DNA of 57,543 nt, the filler included, from Basidiobolus meristosporus CBS 931.73 (Eukaryota; Fungi; Basidiobolomycota): assembly GCA_002104905.1 (NCBI GenBank). It is 3 parts of 3 records of this genome, joined end to end, with 100 filler letters (N's around TTAATTAATTAA, not from the genome) between each part and the next. Parts side by side here need not be neighbours in the genome. Positions count along the whole stretch, not along the records: positions 1 to 18,111 come from MCFE01001072.1; 2 more parts are not named here. One strand, written 5' to 3'. The translations under genes were made by a program, and so were the position numbers. Positions 1 to 11,100 of this stretch are shown piece by piece. The notes under the pieces were generated by a model. The model had not been told where the DNA came from and searched no databases. It worked only from the letters and a program-made list of their open reading frames with translations. Positions within the stretch are counted from its first letter, which is position 1. Every line of letters starts with the position of its first letter.

Positions 1-220
1 TGACTGACTTGGTGAAGTCATGCGGACTCTCCCGATCCCACACAATTAGCTTTATGCGAGCTAGATTAATTTAACCTGGGTGCCTCGCCGTTTGCTACTT
101 ACTCAAAAAATGTGAGACAGTGCATACACGAAATAGTAATCAGCATTTATTTCAACCAAGTGCTTATAGTATAAAGCTAGCAGTAGACAATGAGAATGTA
201 GACGTTGGGAAGAGTGATGC

Positions 221-879
221 TTAAAAGAGGGCACAGTAGTTCTTGGCGCAATTAGTGTTGTCAAAAACGCAGTCCGAGTCCTTGGTGCATGTCTGATATT
301 CGGAGCCACTGCAAAAAGACTTTAGCGTCAGTAAGAATGCAAACTTACTAAACCTTTGGATATTGTTGATGTAACACCACTCTGGTGCACTTTGCTACAT
401 ATCCAATGCCAAACGAGATAATTTCTACTCCTCCATGGCACTGAATACCTTGTAAGTTACTGTTTCTGTACAGGAAATTCCATGGCAACTTACCCTTCTC
501 CAGCAGTAGCCTTTGTTACATATCCTTGCCGCCTTTTTGCTTAGTAATCCCACAGACGAGGCTTGAGCTCTCCCAGCTTTTTGCTGTCTGCTCAAAGCGA
601 TCCAGGGCATCAAAAAATACGTCAAGAGCACGCTTTGCCACACTATTGCTCGGTGCTCCCAGGCTTTGAGTAAACTCCTGGATCATCTTCACACATTCCG
701 CAAACCTCACTTCCTTACCAGCGGGAATGGCCTTGAGTGAGGATGGAAATTCTTCACTACATGCCTTTACGTTTTTATATAGCTCCACATACTCGGGGGT
801 TGCCGTAATACTGGGCTGGTCACGGTCGAGAGGAGCGGCAAAAGAGGATGCCGGCTAAGAGGATATTTCTGAAAAGCAT
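221..879 (-). CDS. Small secreted Cys-rich protein, spliced, with apparent frameshifts (gene or pseudogene)
   Basis: ATG at 879 gives a signal-peptide-like MLFRNILLAGILF and joins the 516-788 ORF after a T-run frameshift. GTAAG...AG introns lead to a last exon GSEYQTCTKDSDCVFDNTNCAKNYCALF* ending at 221. Confidence 0.45.
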
Positions 880-2204
880 TTTGTCGTTAAGTGTTTCTTG
901 AATGGTCACTCCTAACAACTAGCGGATATTGCTTTGCTTTTTTGAGGATGGTTCTTGTTTGCACCCATAATTGCAATAATCCTTTGATTGGTCGTAAAGC
1001 TGGTTCAGTCGTTGATATACAATCTTCTACGCATCTACGCGGAGTTTTCCCGATTTATATCACCTTCTCAATCCCATTCAATTAGGCTTCGTTCATAGAA
1101 CTAGTTTTATGCAAGATAGATTGATTTAACCCGGTTGGCTTAGAGTACTGGTGTGAATAAATTTATTTGTTGCTTGTCAAGAGTCGACAATATTGAGTGG
1201 ATAGTACATGGATTAGTTGAGGCTACCTTGGACTTTCTTGTTGCAATATACGCGCTTTTGGTTAGTTATATGTGTTCGGCATTGACTGTGCCAATACACT
1301 CGAAAACCTGGATTCCCACAATTGATTTATCAGTGTAGCTTGCCTGAATGAAGGTTTGATATGCGAGCCCATTGGTACCCATGTTCCATCACTAAGCAGG
1401 AAGGCGCCACACTCCAAGTCATTGAACAAATGACTGCTATGCATAGCTTCTCCCCATAAAATAAGTTTATACGGCAAATGTAGCATATCCTCCTGATGCA
1501 GAGGTATCAGCCTCATCCAAGATAGCTAGATTTAAGTCCTTCACTCTGTGGTTGAGACCTTCATTCTTGCCTTGGTTGGCGGCATTGAAAGTCAGGGTAA
1601 TGAAGTCAATCTTGGCCAATTTCTTGATGTAAAGGCCAGCAGTGTGTTCCTTCACTCCTTGTTCAGGATTGCATTTTAGACTGTCTTGGGGAGGCAAGGG
1701 CACTGCACTGGTACCGCTTCACCAGGGTCACTTGAGTTGAGTGAGCACTCAGAGGTCAACACTTGGCATTTTCCAGTACCATGATGTGACAATGAGCCTA
1801 TTAAAGGATTTTCGACTCTATTAAGCAGCTATAACCATATATGAATAAAACGTTTTGGCAATAATGCTTATGATATAGGTACACAGCATTTTCTTCACTA
1901 TCTTCTCTCTGCCTCAACCAGAAATTTGCTAGATCAGGAGCTTGGGAGCTTATATAGTCAATATTGGATTGAAGCAAAAGGCAGTAGAAGAGAATAGGAT
2001 ATGGTAATACTAAGAATCAAATGTGGGGCTGGGTGCACTCCATAGGTGGTTCTTGGTCAGATCACTGAAGCTGGAGTTATACTCCTGACAAAGTATACTG
2101 GGTCCAGAGCTCTGTGCATATTAAATTGTGTCTTCTAATGTATGCTCAAGACAATAAGCTAGATATGCAAGCACACAAAACCATTGTTTACAGCAAATAC
2201 ATTA

Positions 2205-2551
2205 CTTTGTAAATTTTGTAAATACACCTAAAGATCCACTGAACTTGATCACTTGACAACAGTCTACAGGTCTAAGAGAGCTCTGACCAAGATCCTTGTT
2301 GGGGTTTACTTGGAAGCATTTCATTTGCTAAGTACCTGTACTTTTGGGTGGAGCTATTCCAAGTAGCCAATACAGCCTTAAACTTTGCACACATACTCTT
2401 GGGACATTCCTGAGCATATTCTATAGGCTTGTCTTCAAAGAGTACACAAAAGTACAAATTCTACTTTAACTTAAAACATATCACTAAGTGAATGCCAAAT
2501 AATCTACTTACTCTCTTAGTAAACTTGAATACCTCCAAGACTCCCACAACA
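2205..2551 (+). mobile_element. Degenerate copia-type LTR, same family as 10858-11032, 21022-21371 and 40940-41285
   Basis: Shares cagcc..aaactttgcacaca..cttgggac.ttcc and ends ...cacaaca like the other copies; boundaries approximate. Confidence 0.45.
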
Positions 2552-3799
2552 AATTGATAGCTTGTATTGAAACAGCTCACATAAAGCTTAGCTGCCATTG
2601 TCTACAAAATTAGCCATTCCTTCAACACTAACCATGGATATTACCAATACATAGCAGCCCTTTAGCATTACTCATAAAGGCTAGCCAATCCATATTAGGG
2701 TGCATCCAATGTATCCTTGAGAATCTCAATGGTGCACAAAGAATGTGTACTGATACAACCTGGGGAATTATGCATATTGTATTCAGAGTAGGGCTTCTTT
2801 AGGATGCCAAGCACTCCTAGATTGTAGATAAACTTGCATCAAATGAGATTCTTTAGTTGGAGAGCATGTTGGAAATGCTCTTCAGAATATGTGTATGCTG
2901 ACTACAAGTGACCTATGTGTATCATAAATAATACCATATTGATCAAACTATAAATAGTCACCAATATATACCAACAATAGTAGAACTGTATTACTTGGTC
3001 ATGAACCAATAGTTTCAATTTAAGATGCAAGTATTCAGTGCAGAGGAAAGCTACTATGCCACTATAGCTACACAATAACACTTTGGTAAATAAAAGCAAT
3101 ATTTGAAGCAAAACATATACACCAATATGAACTTGGGAATTACAAGCTAACTCCTTGATGTGGCCTAGAAGTGCTATATATGGGTGCATAGGCTAGATGA
3201 GAACAGCTGGAAATCCTGCATTCCAAGCTCTCTGAATATGCATGTAGTGGTAGATTTAAATGTGCATTCACAATGTTTATATCTTAGCTGCACTTGCTGC
3301 CTTCATACTGGTGTGTGATTGGTATGGAACTCAGTTGTTTACTCACTTATTAAGGGAGCAAAAGCTGGCTAATAGCACACACTAACATGAAGCCATATTG
3401 AGGTGCATTGTTCTGTGTAATACTCAGCAATGGTTCTTAATGACTTTGATGCACATGAGGCTGGCAAGTTAGAATATAACCACCAAGCAAATCTCTTACA
3501 TTCATGATGGGTAGATAGAGGGTCTAATTGATGACCTATGCTTTGTCAAACTACTTAAGGTTCAATAATGCATTGGCCTCACTGGAAAAGCAGCCTTTAA
3601 AAATGCCAATTCTTTACAACTTTACATATTAGAATTCAATCACTCAAATCTAAGTCGCCTTCATTGTCAGTCAAGGATAGGTCTTTGTTGTTGGAAGCCA
3701 GTGCCTCCTGATAACAAGCTCCCAACTGCTCAGCACATAGGTTGTTGATGTGAGATACCTGAGATTGACAAAGATGTGATTACCGCAACAAGCAAGAGG

Positions 3800-4340
3800 A
3801 AGGAAAGCTGCGTGACTGGATGGCGGAATCCCTCAGAAAGTTGCCGTACTTCCATTACTTTCTCTACGCCACTCAAGTTACCATTTATTTATAGGTGACA
3901 TTAACTTCATGCTAGTTGAGCAACAGATATCATATATCGCATAAAATTAGCTTCAGTCATCCATTGGTCAATTGTACGTAGCCATGTAACAGAGCCTGCT
4001 TAAATAATGCGGAGGAAAAGGCCTTGATGGCTAAAACTATGAGGTGGCGGCGCTGGCAATGGAAATAGCGGTAGCAGTGGTGATAATAGGAATGGTAGTT
4101 GTGGTAGTGGTGCTTTTGATACTGGTAACAGTAGCGGCGGTAGTGATGGTGGGAGCGGAGGGGTTAGCAATGGTGGCAATAACGGAAACGGGGCTGAAAG
4201 CTGTGATTTTGAAGGTATTGGCAATGGCGGTGTCAATGAGAGCGGAGACAGCAGGGATGATTGTGTTATATTAAGAGCCAGGGCCATGTGGGATCATGCA
4301 CACTCGCTCTCCAAAACAGTGGGACTTGCCATGAAAGCAA
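3800..4340 (+). pseudogene. Decayed gene with Gly/Asn/Ser-rich low-complexity segment
   Basis: GGC/AAT/AGC codon-rich run at 4040-4260, broken by frameshifts. Upstream W...LYATQV resembles W...MYATHV at 6790-6860. Confidence 0.35.
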
Positions 4341-5199
4341 TAGATGGCTTCCGTTAATCTCAATGTTTGCACACTGCCTAAACTTTGGATATGTGATAAG
4401 TACCATTGGCTACATTGCTATTCTCAATGGCCTTCTGGCTGAAGGGGCTTGTCCAGACACCACCTCCCTAGAGAACCATGCAGGATTACAAACAGGAAAG
4501 CCATCATATGGATTCTTCATCTCTGTGGTGTTGTTCTCTTGCACAATTGGCGTGGAAGCAAGTGCGCGGATGTGGTCAAGAGTAATCCCAATGGTCTTAT
4601 CTATAGTGGAAGTAGCAAGCAAGAAAAATATATTTCAGCATGCTTCAGCCAGTAGACAGGTCAGGCAAGATAAAATGATCAACAGTGACACTCTCCAAGC
4701 AGTGAAATTCAGAGAACAATAGTTGGCAAACTACATACCGGTATCAAAAGTCTGACAAACAGGCTCCTTAAGATAAAAGCACGCTACAAGTGTGAGAGTA
4801 TGTTGTGCTTTACACCACAACTGGTCATATCCGTTGACTCCAAACACTGCTAACCAATCAATGAGGTTATTGATGATGTCTTGCGCACTCCACATTACCC
4901 TAAGCGTCATATCTACAAAAGCTTTTTGAAAGACTAGGAAAAATCCTTAACTTTACCAGTTTCCCAGCTCTCCAAGTATCCATGACACTTCTGTTAAATG
5001 TATCACCCATTTCCTCTCTGCATTGTAGAAAATACGAAAGTACAACGCTGCAACAAGAAGCCAAAAGATTTTTTTTTGGTACTCTGTAGCATCCAATAGT
5101 TTTTCCATCACCAGATGCATGAAGTACCAATGTAGACAGTATTGAGAGTTAATTAAAGAATTTATTGAATGTCTATCTACTATACACAGATGTTGCCCT

Positions 5200-5928
5200 T
5201 TAGAGGCTCGAGAACACCTTGATGGCATCCTCAGCGGTGGATCGTGCGCTTGCTGGGTTAGCTCCAGTGACAACTCGGCCGTCAGTTTGTGTAAAATCGG
5301 CAAACGGAGTGGGGGGTGCCACATACTCGGCTCCAACAGCGGCCGCTCCTTCTTCGATTGTAGCCACATTGGCTGATTTGATAATATCAAGCAGGCTAAG
5401 CATCACCTCACCCTCCGTGGTGAACCCGGTGACCTTCTTGCCAGCGATGATGGATTTGCCTGTGGTGCTGTCAACGATGGCAGGGAGAATGGCTGGCCCA
5501 TGACACACAGCTGAAACAACACCTCCACGCTTGTATATGTCCTCGGCAATATGCTGCAGGCCACGAGCCGTAGGGTAATCCCACAAGGTCGCGTGCCCAG
5601 CAGAAGCAAAGAATAGACCATAATCAGCAGGGTTGAGGTCCGACGCCTTGTGAAGCTGCGAGTTCAGTTTGACATTGAATGGATGCTCTGGGTCGTTCAG
5701 CACCTTTTGATCATCCTCGGAGAGAAAGTCTTTCGACAAGGAGTGCTCATCCACTCCGTAAGTGCCAGTCTCGGAGGCGAAGTCAACCTCGAACCCGGCC
5801 TCGACAAGTGCTTCGAACGGGTGCAACGCTTCCGTATAAAAGAGTCCAGTCTTACTACCATTGGCGTAGAAAGGCTCGTTATAGCTGGTGATGGCTAGTA
5901 GTGCTCTGCGTGGAAGATTGGCTGGCAT
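5200..5928 (-). CDS. HSP31: DJ-1/PfpI family Hsp31-like glyoxalase III/chaperone, intronless, 242 aa
   Basis: Motifs TGLFYTEALHP, SAGHAT, catalytic AVCHGP and DGRVVTGANPAS; intact ORF with normal CpG content. Confidence 0.93.
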   Translation of the reverse strand: MPANLPRRALLAITSYNEPFYANGSKTGLFYTEALHPFEALVEAGFEVDFASETGTYGVDEHSLSKDFLSEDDQKVLNDPEHPFNVKLNSQLHKASDLNPADYGLFFASAGHATLWDYPTARGLQHIAEDIYKRGGVVSAVCHGPAILPAIVDSTTGKSIIAGKKVTGFTTEGEVMLSLLDIIKSANVATIEEGAAAVGAEYVAPPTPFADFTQTDGRVVTGANPASARSTAEDAIKVFSSL

Positions 5929-6459
5929 TGTTGTATTGTACTGAATACCAACCTGAACTTATCGTATCGCATTTTATAATGGGTTTTTGCAGTTGGATGA
6001 CAAATGTTTGGAAGTTTCTGGTTAATTTCCACTTAATCACCCAATTTGGTAATCAAGTTATCAATCCATTTATGGTCAATGTGAGTTGCTCAGAACGCAT
6101 GCTGACAAATGGCATAAATAGCGATTATTTTCACCTCCTGCCTGGCTCTGGCTAATTAAGAGCTTTGACTTGCCATATGCCTCTACTCATAGCAATGGCT
6201 GAGAGATTCAAATGGACAAAGCCACATGCTTCAATCTTCTTTGCTTATTCCGAGGCAGGATGGAGCTTCATCAATGCACAAGTTGGTATCAATTAGAGGC
6301 ATGAATGGGCGACTGAACATGAAGTGATCAGATGGTTGTTGCAACCAAATTCACAATTGACTACAAATCCTACCAGCTGGGAAAGGGCAAGAACCCCTGT
6401 CCATTGTTGACAAAGATTTCGCATCAATATTCGTGAATCCTTCGTGAATCTACAAACGG

Positions 6460-7500
6460 ATGGGACCGATATCCTCAGTATTCTCATGTGGGATCATACA
6501 GCCTCCATGGACACACTTCATATCCACGATACTCTAGTATGGGTGTTCAGCACTTCAAATTATTGCACAAAGGCGTCCGGCAAGACATCTTTCAGTATTT
6601 GCCAGGGATGATGGAATATTCTACACCAGGATTTTGAACGTGAGAAGATTCCAATGGCTTGCCACCTATGTATGCCTCTGGAATCGCTCGGTATACTTGG
6701 TGGTTGAGAGTTCCAGATCCATCCGGCAATGAATATGCGTAAAAAGTGGGTCAAGATCCTGAGGAGAAATAGAGTTACTTTTTCCTTCCTAAGTGGCTGA
6801 CTTGCATTCATGTCTCGGAAATATCGGTACAAGCCTCATTGATGTACGCTACTCATGTATTGCCGAGTGGGGCTGGAAAGCAAGGGTTACAACTAGCAAA
6901 CAGTTGGGAGCTGCATGGCTTGATCCCGGATTCTCTCATATATGTTGGTGGCAGCGTAAATGGCAACGGTAGAAATAATAAAAGAAACGGTGGAAATGAT
7001 GGGAGTGCTAATAATTCTGCTGATGGCGGAAACAGTGTAGGTCATGGTGACAATGCCAAGGGCAGCAACGGGAATAGGTGATTGCGGTTGCAACGGCAAT
7101 GGCGAAAATGCTGATGGTAATACAAGTGGTTACAGCAATCAAGGTAACATAAATGGTGAAGATGATTTACGTGCTTATAGCTCTGGTCATGGTGGAGCCG
7201 GTAACGGTGAGATGATAAAAGCAACGGTAGCAGCAACAGTGAAAATAGCACCTGAATGCCAACCACTATATGACCGTTGAGTACATGCAGCCTTACCACA
7301 GTATCAGTAAGTTGCTTAGCATGCTGATGACTCAAATACGGACTGCTCGGGTGTTTACCTTGCCACACCGCGTGCACACATGGCCAAGAAATGTCAATGG
7401 GGAAATTCACTCTGGCTAAAGGTGTGGGTTGAACAAGCCTTATGACAGCATCAGGCTCTTTATTTAATTATCCAAGAGTGATATGTTGCTTATCCCATCA
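6460..7500 (+). pseudogene. Decayed gene of unknown family with Gly/Asn-rich tail
   Basis: One frame runs RYPQYSHVGSYSLHGHTSYP...WELHGLIPDSLIY into GN-rich sequence, with several in-frame stops. Confidence 0.4.
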
Positions 7501-8130
7501 CGCCTTTCTCCAAACGGTGACTACCTTGCTAGCAATCGTTGCTGGACGTGAGCTACCAACAGGCATGTCCCAGATTTTCTCGTAGCTGTAGTATGGTCCT
7601 GCAGGACTGTTGTTGCTCCAGGAGAAGCATCTTCCTTCATAGTCCTCTTCTCCTTCGTCGGAGTCATTCACCCGATTATAGAGCCAGTTTGCAAAAGTCA
7701 TGGTGTATTCTTGCCAATATCCAGGCCTTCGCTAATCTTTTTATACGTGGAAATTATCCTGGTCACACTTGCTTGTGCTACTATGCGTTGCTCTTTTGCT
7801 ACTGCTGTGTCATGCCTCTGAAGCCACCATGCATAGCCCATCCAAAAGCCGGAATAGTTGTAGTCGCACTTCTGAATTATCACCGCCATCTATTTCAGGA
7901 TCTAGCTGGTTCCAACCAAGATCCGCCCTAACAGTTTTTGTAGCAATACAGTTCAATCTAGCGTATTGCATATCCCGGATCGATGCTGTTAAGAAAAATC
8001 CTATCAAAGTGCTATATTGGCTTGATACTCACTATTACGCTTCCGCTCACTTGCGAGAGATTTTTGCATATGATAACATGATTGGCTGGTTTGTTCAATC
8101 TGGTGTTGATGATTAATCTGGCCAATTATA
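6775..8130 (+). repeat. Subtelomeric direct duplication, copy 1 (~1.35 kb)
   Basis: Near-identical to 9132-10495; paired ORFs are offset by 2357 bp (6839/9196, 7042/9399, 7498/9855). Confidence 0.9.
7498..8007 (-). pseudogene. Decayed gene of unknown family, convergent with the previous one
   Basis: ORFs 7810-8007 and 7498-7701 are in the same frame, separated by in-frame stops. Confidence 0.35.
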
Positions 8131-9131
8131 GTCAGCAACTATACCTCACTGATGAAACCAAGCCTAGCTAATTTCTCGGCGGATAGGCCAGCAGTCTCCA
8201 CAAGGATTGCTTATTAGGCTTGGTGCTCTCAGGGAGGTAATGGTTGATATCTTGGCAAGGCATTGTTGAAGGTATTTTGATTTTCGCTGACATTCAGATT
8301 GGGCTTGGGTTGATGTCTACACAAATTGTTATTTAGATGATTGATGATTAAAGGAAGCATACAACTATCCGTGAAGCCCAAGGACAATTATAAGCAGACT
8401 TCCCGGTTGATCAAGAAATACTGCAGATAACGGCTAATTTGGCAAACCAAAATCCGATTTCCCATTGATATTTTAAATATGTAGGATTATCGAGCACACA
8501 TATCTTGAATCAAAAACCCTGCAAAGTAATACAGCCAATACAAAATGACGTATTTAGGAACAGATTTTGTCGAAAATTTACTCAATTTTATCCTAAAAAA
8601 CCTTTGAACCATAACCCATATCCGGATAGTACCTGGTTAGTCATGTTCATCAAGTACCAGGTTTTTTAAACCGCAGCATTGTATAATGTGCTAAACCTTT
8701 TGTGTAAACGATTATATTCCACTTAGGCTTTACTGAGCAATACCTCTAAGGGAAAGTCATTAGGTTTTGGGCTTTTGCTGTGATTAGGAGTAATTATCAA
8801 ATTGCTGGAGTGTACAAACCGTCCTTACCAGCTGTGGGTATACTCAACCGGCAAGATTGTCAATTGGCGCCGGGAAACTGTTCGGTCACTACTCGCACCA
8901 CACGTTACAAACAGCACACACTCTCTCATCCACCATCTTGGTAGTAGTATCTCCATTGGGAAATATACATACACAATCTAGTAATGCACAGTCGTAAGGA
9001 ATTCTACTTGTAGGTGTCCCCCATTTACAGTCAGAGATAGGAGATGGCTAGACTAGAGTCAGTCATATTTTGGCTCCTTAAATATTTGTAGTTGCTCGTT
9101 TGAGGCCTCGCATGTGAACATCAGCCTAGAG

Positions 9132-10495
9132 TCCTTTTTTCCTTCCTAAGTGGCTGACTTGCATTCATGTCTCGGAAATATCGGTACCAGCCTCATTGAT
9201 GTACGCCACTCATGTATCGCCGAGCAAGGCTGCAAAGCAAGGGTTACAACTAGCAAACAGTTGGGAGCTGCATAGCTTGATCCCGGATTCTCTCATATAT
9301 GCTAGTGGCAGCGTAAATAGCAACGGTAGAGATAATAAAAGAAACGGTGGAAATGATGGGAGTGCTAATAATTCTGCTGATGGCGGAAACAGTGTAGGTC
9401 ATGGTGACAATGCCAAGGGCAGCAACGGGAATAGGTGATTGCGGTTGCAACGGCAATGGCGAAAATGCTGATGGTAATACAAGTGGTTACAGCAATCAAG
9501 GTAACATAAATGGTGAAGATGATTTACGTGCTTATAGCTCTGGTCATGGTGGAGCCGGTAACGGTGAGATGATAAAAGCAACGGTAGCAGCAACAGTGAA
9601 AATAGCACCTGAATGCCAACCACTATATGACCGTTGAGTACATGCAGCCTTACCACAGTATCAGTAAGTTGCTTAGCATGCTGATGACTCAAATACGGAC
9701 TGCTCGGGTGTTTACCTTGCCACACCGCGTGCACACATGGCCAAGAAATGTCAATGGGGAAATTCACTCTGGCTAAAGGTGTGGGTTGAACAAGCCTTAT
9801 GACAGCATCAGGCTCTTTATTTAATTATCCAAGAGTGATATGTTGCTTATCCCATCACGCATTTCTCCAAACGGTGACTACCTTGCTAGCAATCGTTGCT
9901 GGACGTGAGCTACCAACAGGCATGTCCCAGATTTTCTCGTAGCTGTAGTATGGTCCTGCAGGACTGTTGTTGCTCCAGGAGAAGTTTCTTCCTTCATAGT
10001 CCTTATTTCCCTGGTCGGAGTCCTTCACCTCATTGTAGAGCCAGTTTGCAAAAGACATGGTGTATTCTTGCCAATATCCAGGCCTTCGCTAATCTTTTTA
10101 TACGTGGAAATTATCCTGGTCACACTTGCTTGTGCTACTATGCGTTGCTCTTTTGCTACTGCTGTGTCATGCCTCTGAAGCCACCATGCATAGCCCATCC
10201 AAAAGCCGGAATAGTTGTAGTCGCACTTCTGAATTATCACCGCCATCTATTTCAGGATCTAGCTGGTTCCAACCAAGATCCGCCCTAACAGTTTTTGTAG
10301 CAATACAGTTCAATCTAGAGTATTGCATATCCCGGATCGATGCTGCTAAGAAAAATCCTCTATGTGGCTTAGACCTTATCAAAGTCCTATATTAGCTTGA
10401 TTCTCACTATTCTCACTTGCAGGAGATTTTTGCATCTGATAATATGATTAATTGGGATATTTGATCTGGTGTTGATAATAAATCTGCCCAATTAT
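9132..10495 (+). repeat. Subtelomeric direct duplication, copy 2
   Basis: Near-identical to 6775-8130. Confidence 0.9.
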
Positions 10496-10857
10496 TATAC
10501 ATCACTACAAATATCCCAACACCAGAATTGTAATGTTTTGGCCCAAGATATGACAATATCCAGTTAATACACTGATACATTTTTAATCTTTTCTCAATGC
10601 TGCTTCTTTAGTTCTCATGGTTTTGAAAATATCTACAATCTATATGTAGATATCATATACATACCATGCATGGCAGGGCCTACTGTGATGGATCAAAGCT
10701 AGCACTTAAAGTGATTGTGTCTGCCCTGATGCAAGATAGTTGTTTTGTGCAAGTTTGAAAAGTTAATGACAAACTAAATATACTTACTGAGCTCTTAATA
10801 TAGTCTTTCAGGGATACATGCTAAAATGTTTTCTTGATTCTTGGGATAAGTGATATT

Positions 10858-11032
10858 TATTGTAAAAATTTATAATTACATCTAAGTATTCACCTAACTT
10901 AGTCACTTGGATCATTACCTTCAAATCCTAGAGAATACTGACCAAATTCCTTGTTGGGATTAACTTAGAATATTTTCACCAAAATACCAGGTACCCAAAA
11001 CATGAAAATTCTCAAAGTTGTCCAAACAGCCC
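10858..11032 (+). mobile_element. 5' half of a copia-type LTR, cut off at the first telomere repeat
   Basis: Matches the reverse complement of the solo LTR at 21022-21371 up to ...acagccc, where TTAGGG begins instead of caaactttgcac. Confidence 0.7.
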
Positions 11033-11046
11033 TTAGGGTTAGGGGG
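11033..11046 (+). repeat. Innermost telomere repeats (TTAGGG)2 plus GG
   Basis: ttagggttaggggg read directly. Confidence 0.9.
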
Positions 11047-11100
11047 AGACAGTCACCAACAGGTGAAATCTTTATTTCAGTTGAAACAAAGAAGCCAGCG

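Noticed and set aside
2560-3700. Possible transposase or RT remnant
   Set aside because: AT-rich and CpG-poor like decayed TE DNA, but no frame gave a motif I could name.
4000-4287. Pro/Leu-rich and hydrophobic ORFs (also 6893-7410, 9250-9767)
   Set aside because: Shadow frames of the Gly/Asn-rich low-complexity sequence.
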